20,000 nt of DNA from Chiloscyllium plagiosum (taxonomy: Eukaryota). Position numbers and translations under genes: made by a program. The stretch is from assembly GCF_004010195.1 (NCBI RefSeq), contig NC_057718.1, forward strand, positions 11,920,765 to 11,940,764, read 5' to 3'. Shown here one piece after another: positions 18,638-20,000 of the stretch. Position 1 is the first letter of the stretch; each line of letters starts with the position of its first letter. A model generated the notes under the pieces. That model had not been told where the DNA came from. It made no database searches and worked only from the letters and a program-made list of their open reading frames with translations.

Positions 18638-19690
18638 CAATAGACAATAGACAGTAGACAATAGACAATAGGTGCAGAAGTAGGCCATTCAGCCCTTCGA
18701 GCCTGCACCGCCATTCAATATAATCATGGCTGATCATTCCTAATCAGTATCCTGTTTCTGCCTTATCTCCATAACCCTTGATTCCACTATCTTTGAGAGC
18801 TCTATCCAACTCCTTCTTAAATGAATCCAGAGAGTGGGCCTCCACTGCCCTCTGGGGCAGAGCATTCCACACAACCACCACTCTCTGGGTGAAGAAGTTT
18901 CTCCTCAGCTCTGTCCTAAATGGTCTACCCCGTATTTTTAAGCTGTGTCCTCTGGTTCAGCACTCACCCATCAGTGGAAATATGTTTACTACTGCCAGAG
19001 TGTCCAATCCTTTCATAATCTTACATGTCTCAATCAGATCCCCTCTCAATCTTCGAAACTCAAGGGTATACAAGCCCAGTCGCTCCAGTCTTTCAGTGTA
19101 AGGTAATCCCGCCATTCCAGGAATTGACCTCGTGAACCTACGCAGCACTCCCTCAATAGCCAGAATGTCTTTCCTCAAATTTGGAGACCAGAACTACACG
19201 CAGTACTCCAGGTGTGGTCTCACCAGGGCCCTGTACAGCTGCAGAAGGACCTCTTTGCTTCTATACTCAATCCCTCTTGTTATGAAGGCCAGCATGCTAT
19301 TAGCCTTCTTCACTACCTGCTGTACCTGCATGCTTACCTTCATTGAGTGGTGTACAAGAACCCCCAGATCTCTCTGTACTGCCCCTTTACCTAAATTGAT
19401 TCCACTTAGGTGGTAATCTGCCTTCCTGTTCTTGCCACCAAAGTGGATAAGGATCCATTTATCCACGTGAAAGTGCATCTGCCATGCATCTGAGCACTCA
19501 CCTAACTTGTCCAGGTCACCCTGTAATCTCCTAACATCCTCATCACATTTCACCCTGCCACCCAGCTGATGAAATTTGCGAATGTTATTGCGAATACCAT
19601 CTTGTATATCCTGAAGATAGATTGTAAAAAGCTGCGGTCCCAGTACTGATCCGTGCGGTACCCCACTGGCCAGTGCCCGGCATTCCGAAA
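18638..19690 (-). mobile_element. 5'-truncated CR1-clade LINE: RT C-terminal half of ORF2, 3' UTR and (TCTATTG)n tail
   Basis: SGVPHGSVLGPQLFTIY...RDLGVLV...LYRALVRPHLEYCV*FWSP...RRLRGDLIE...NFFTQRVV..WNALP runs in one frame to TGA at 18744-18746. Premature stops at 19194 and 18957. The 7-mer tail is at 18638-18671. Confidence 0.95.
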
Positions 19691-20000
19691 TGGAGGGGTG
19701 GAGGAGTGTGGAAGGATGAGAGAATGCAGGCTGCAGCCCTATGAAGCAGGGGGAGGGCTTGCAGTTGGCCTGTGTGGGGATGTGGGAGACTACAGGAGCC
19801 TGGTGGGCAAGGGCTAGCTGAAAGGCAGCTGGAGGGACGGAGGGAGGGAAGCACGCACGGAGGAGGAAGAGCAAAGAGAAAAGAGAAAAAAAAGCCAAAG
19901 GGGATAAAGAGAAAGAGCAAGAAAGAAAATGTGGCTGGCCAGCACGCCTTGAAGTAGGGAGAAAAGGCAGGGGCCAGCGCCTACAGCCATACTAGTCTGA

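Noticed and set aside
19194..19898. 234-aa ORF as a functional reverse transcriptase
   Set aside because: The N-terminal ~75 aa come from low-complexity sequence, the catalytic motif is missing, there are premature stops and the element is 5'-truncated.

Overview
This is repeat-dense vertebrate genomic DNA with no recognisable intact host protein-coding gene. The HE1-type V-SINEs with (TAATC)n tails and the associated CR1 LINEs point to an elasmobranch (shark) genome; this is an inference from repeat recognition. The window holds four HE1 SINEs, several CR1 and L2 LINE fragments, a solo LTR with a nested SINE, decayed PIF/Harbinger remnants (transposase and Myb/SANT genes), a Tc1/mariner-pogo-like MITE and a 3-nt assembly gap. 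The most interesting signal is a set of short Penelope-like (PLE) derived repeats from at least three sequence families. Each carries a minimal type-I hammerhead ribozyme motif (CUGANGA-A-stem II-GAAA-NNUH). Some are long fold-back palindromes with one motif per strand. One has a perfect 16-bp TSD plus an inverted copy of its own target site. All family assignments come from motif recognition, not database searches.
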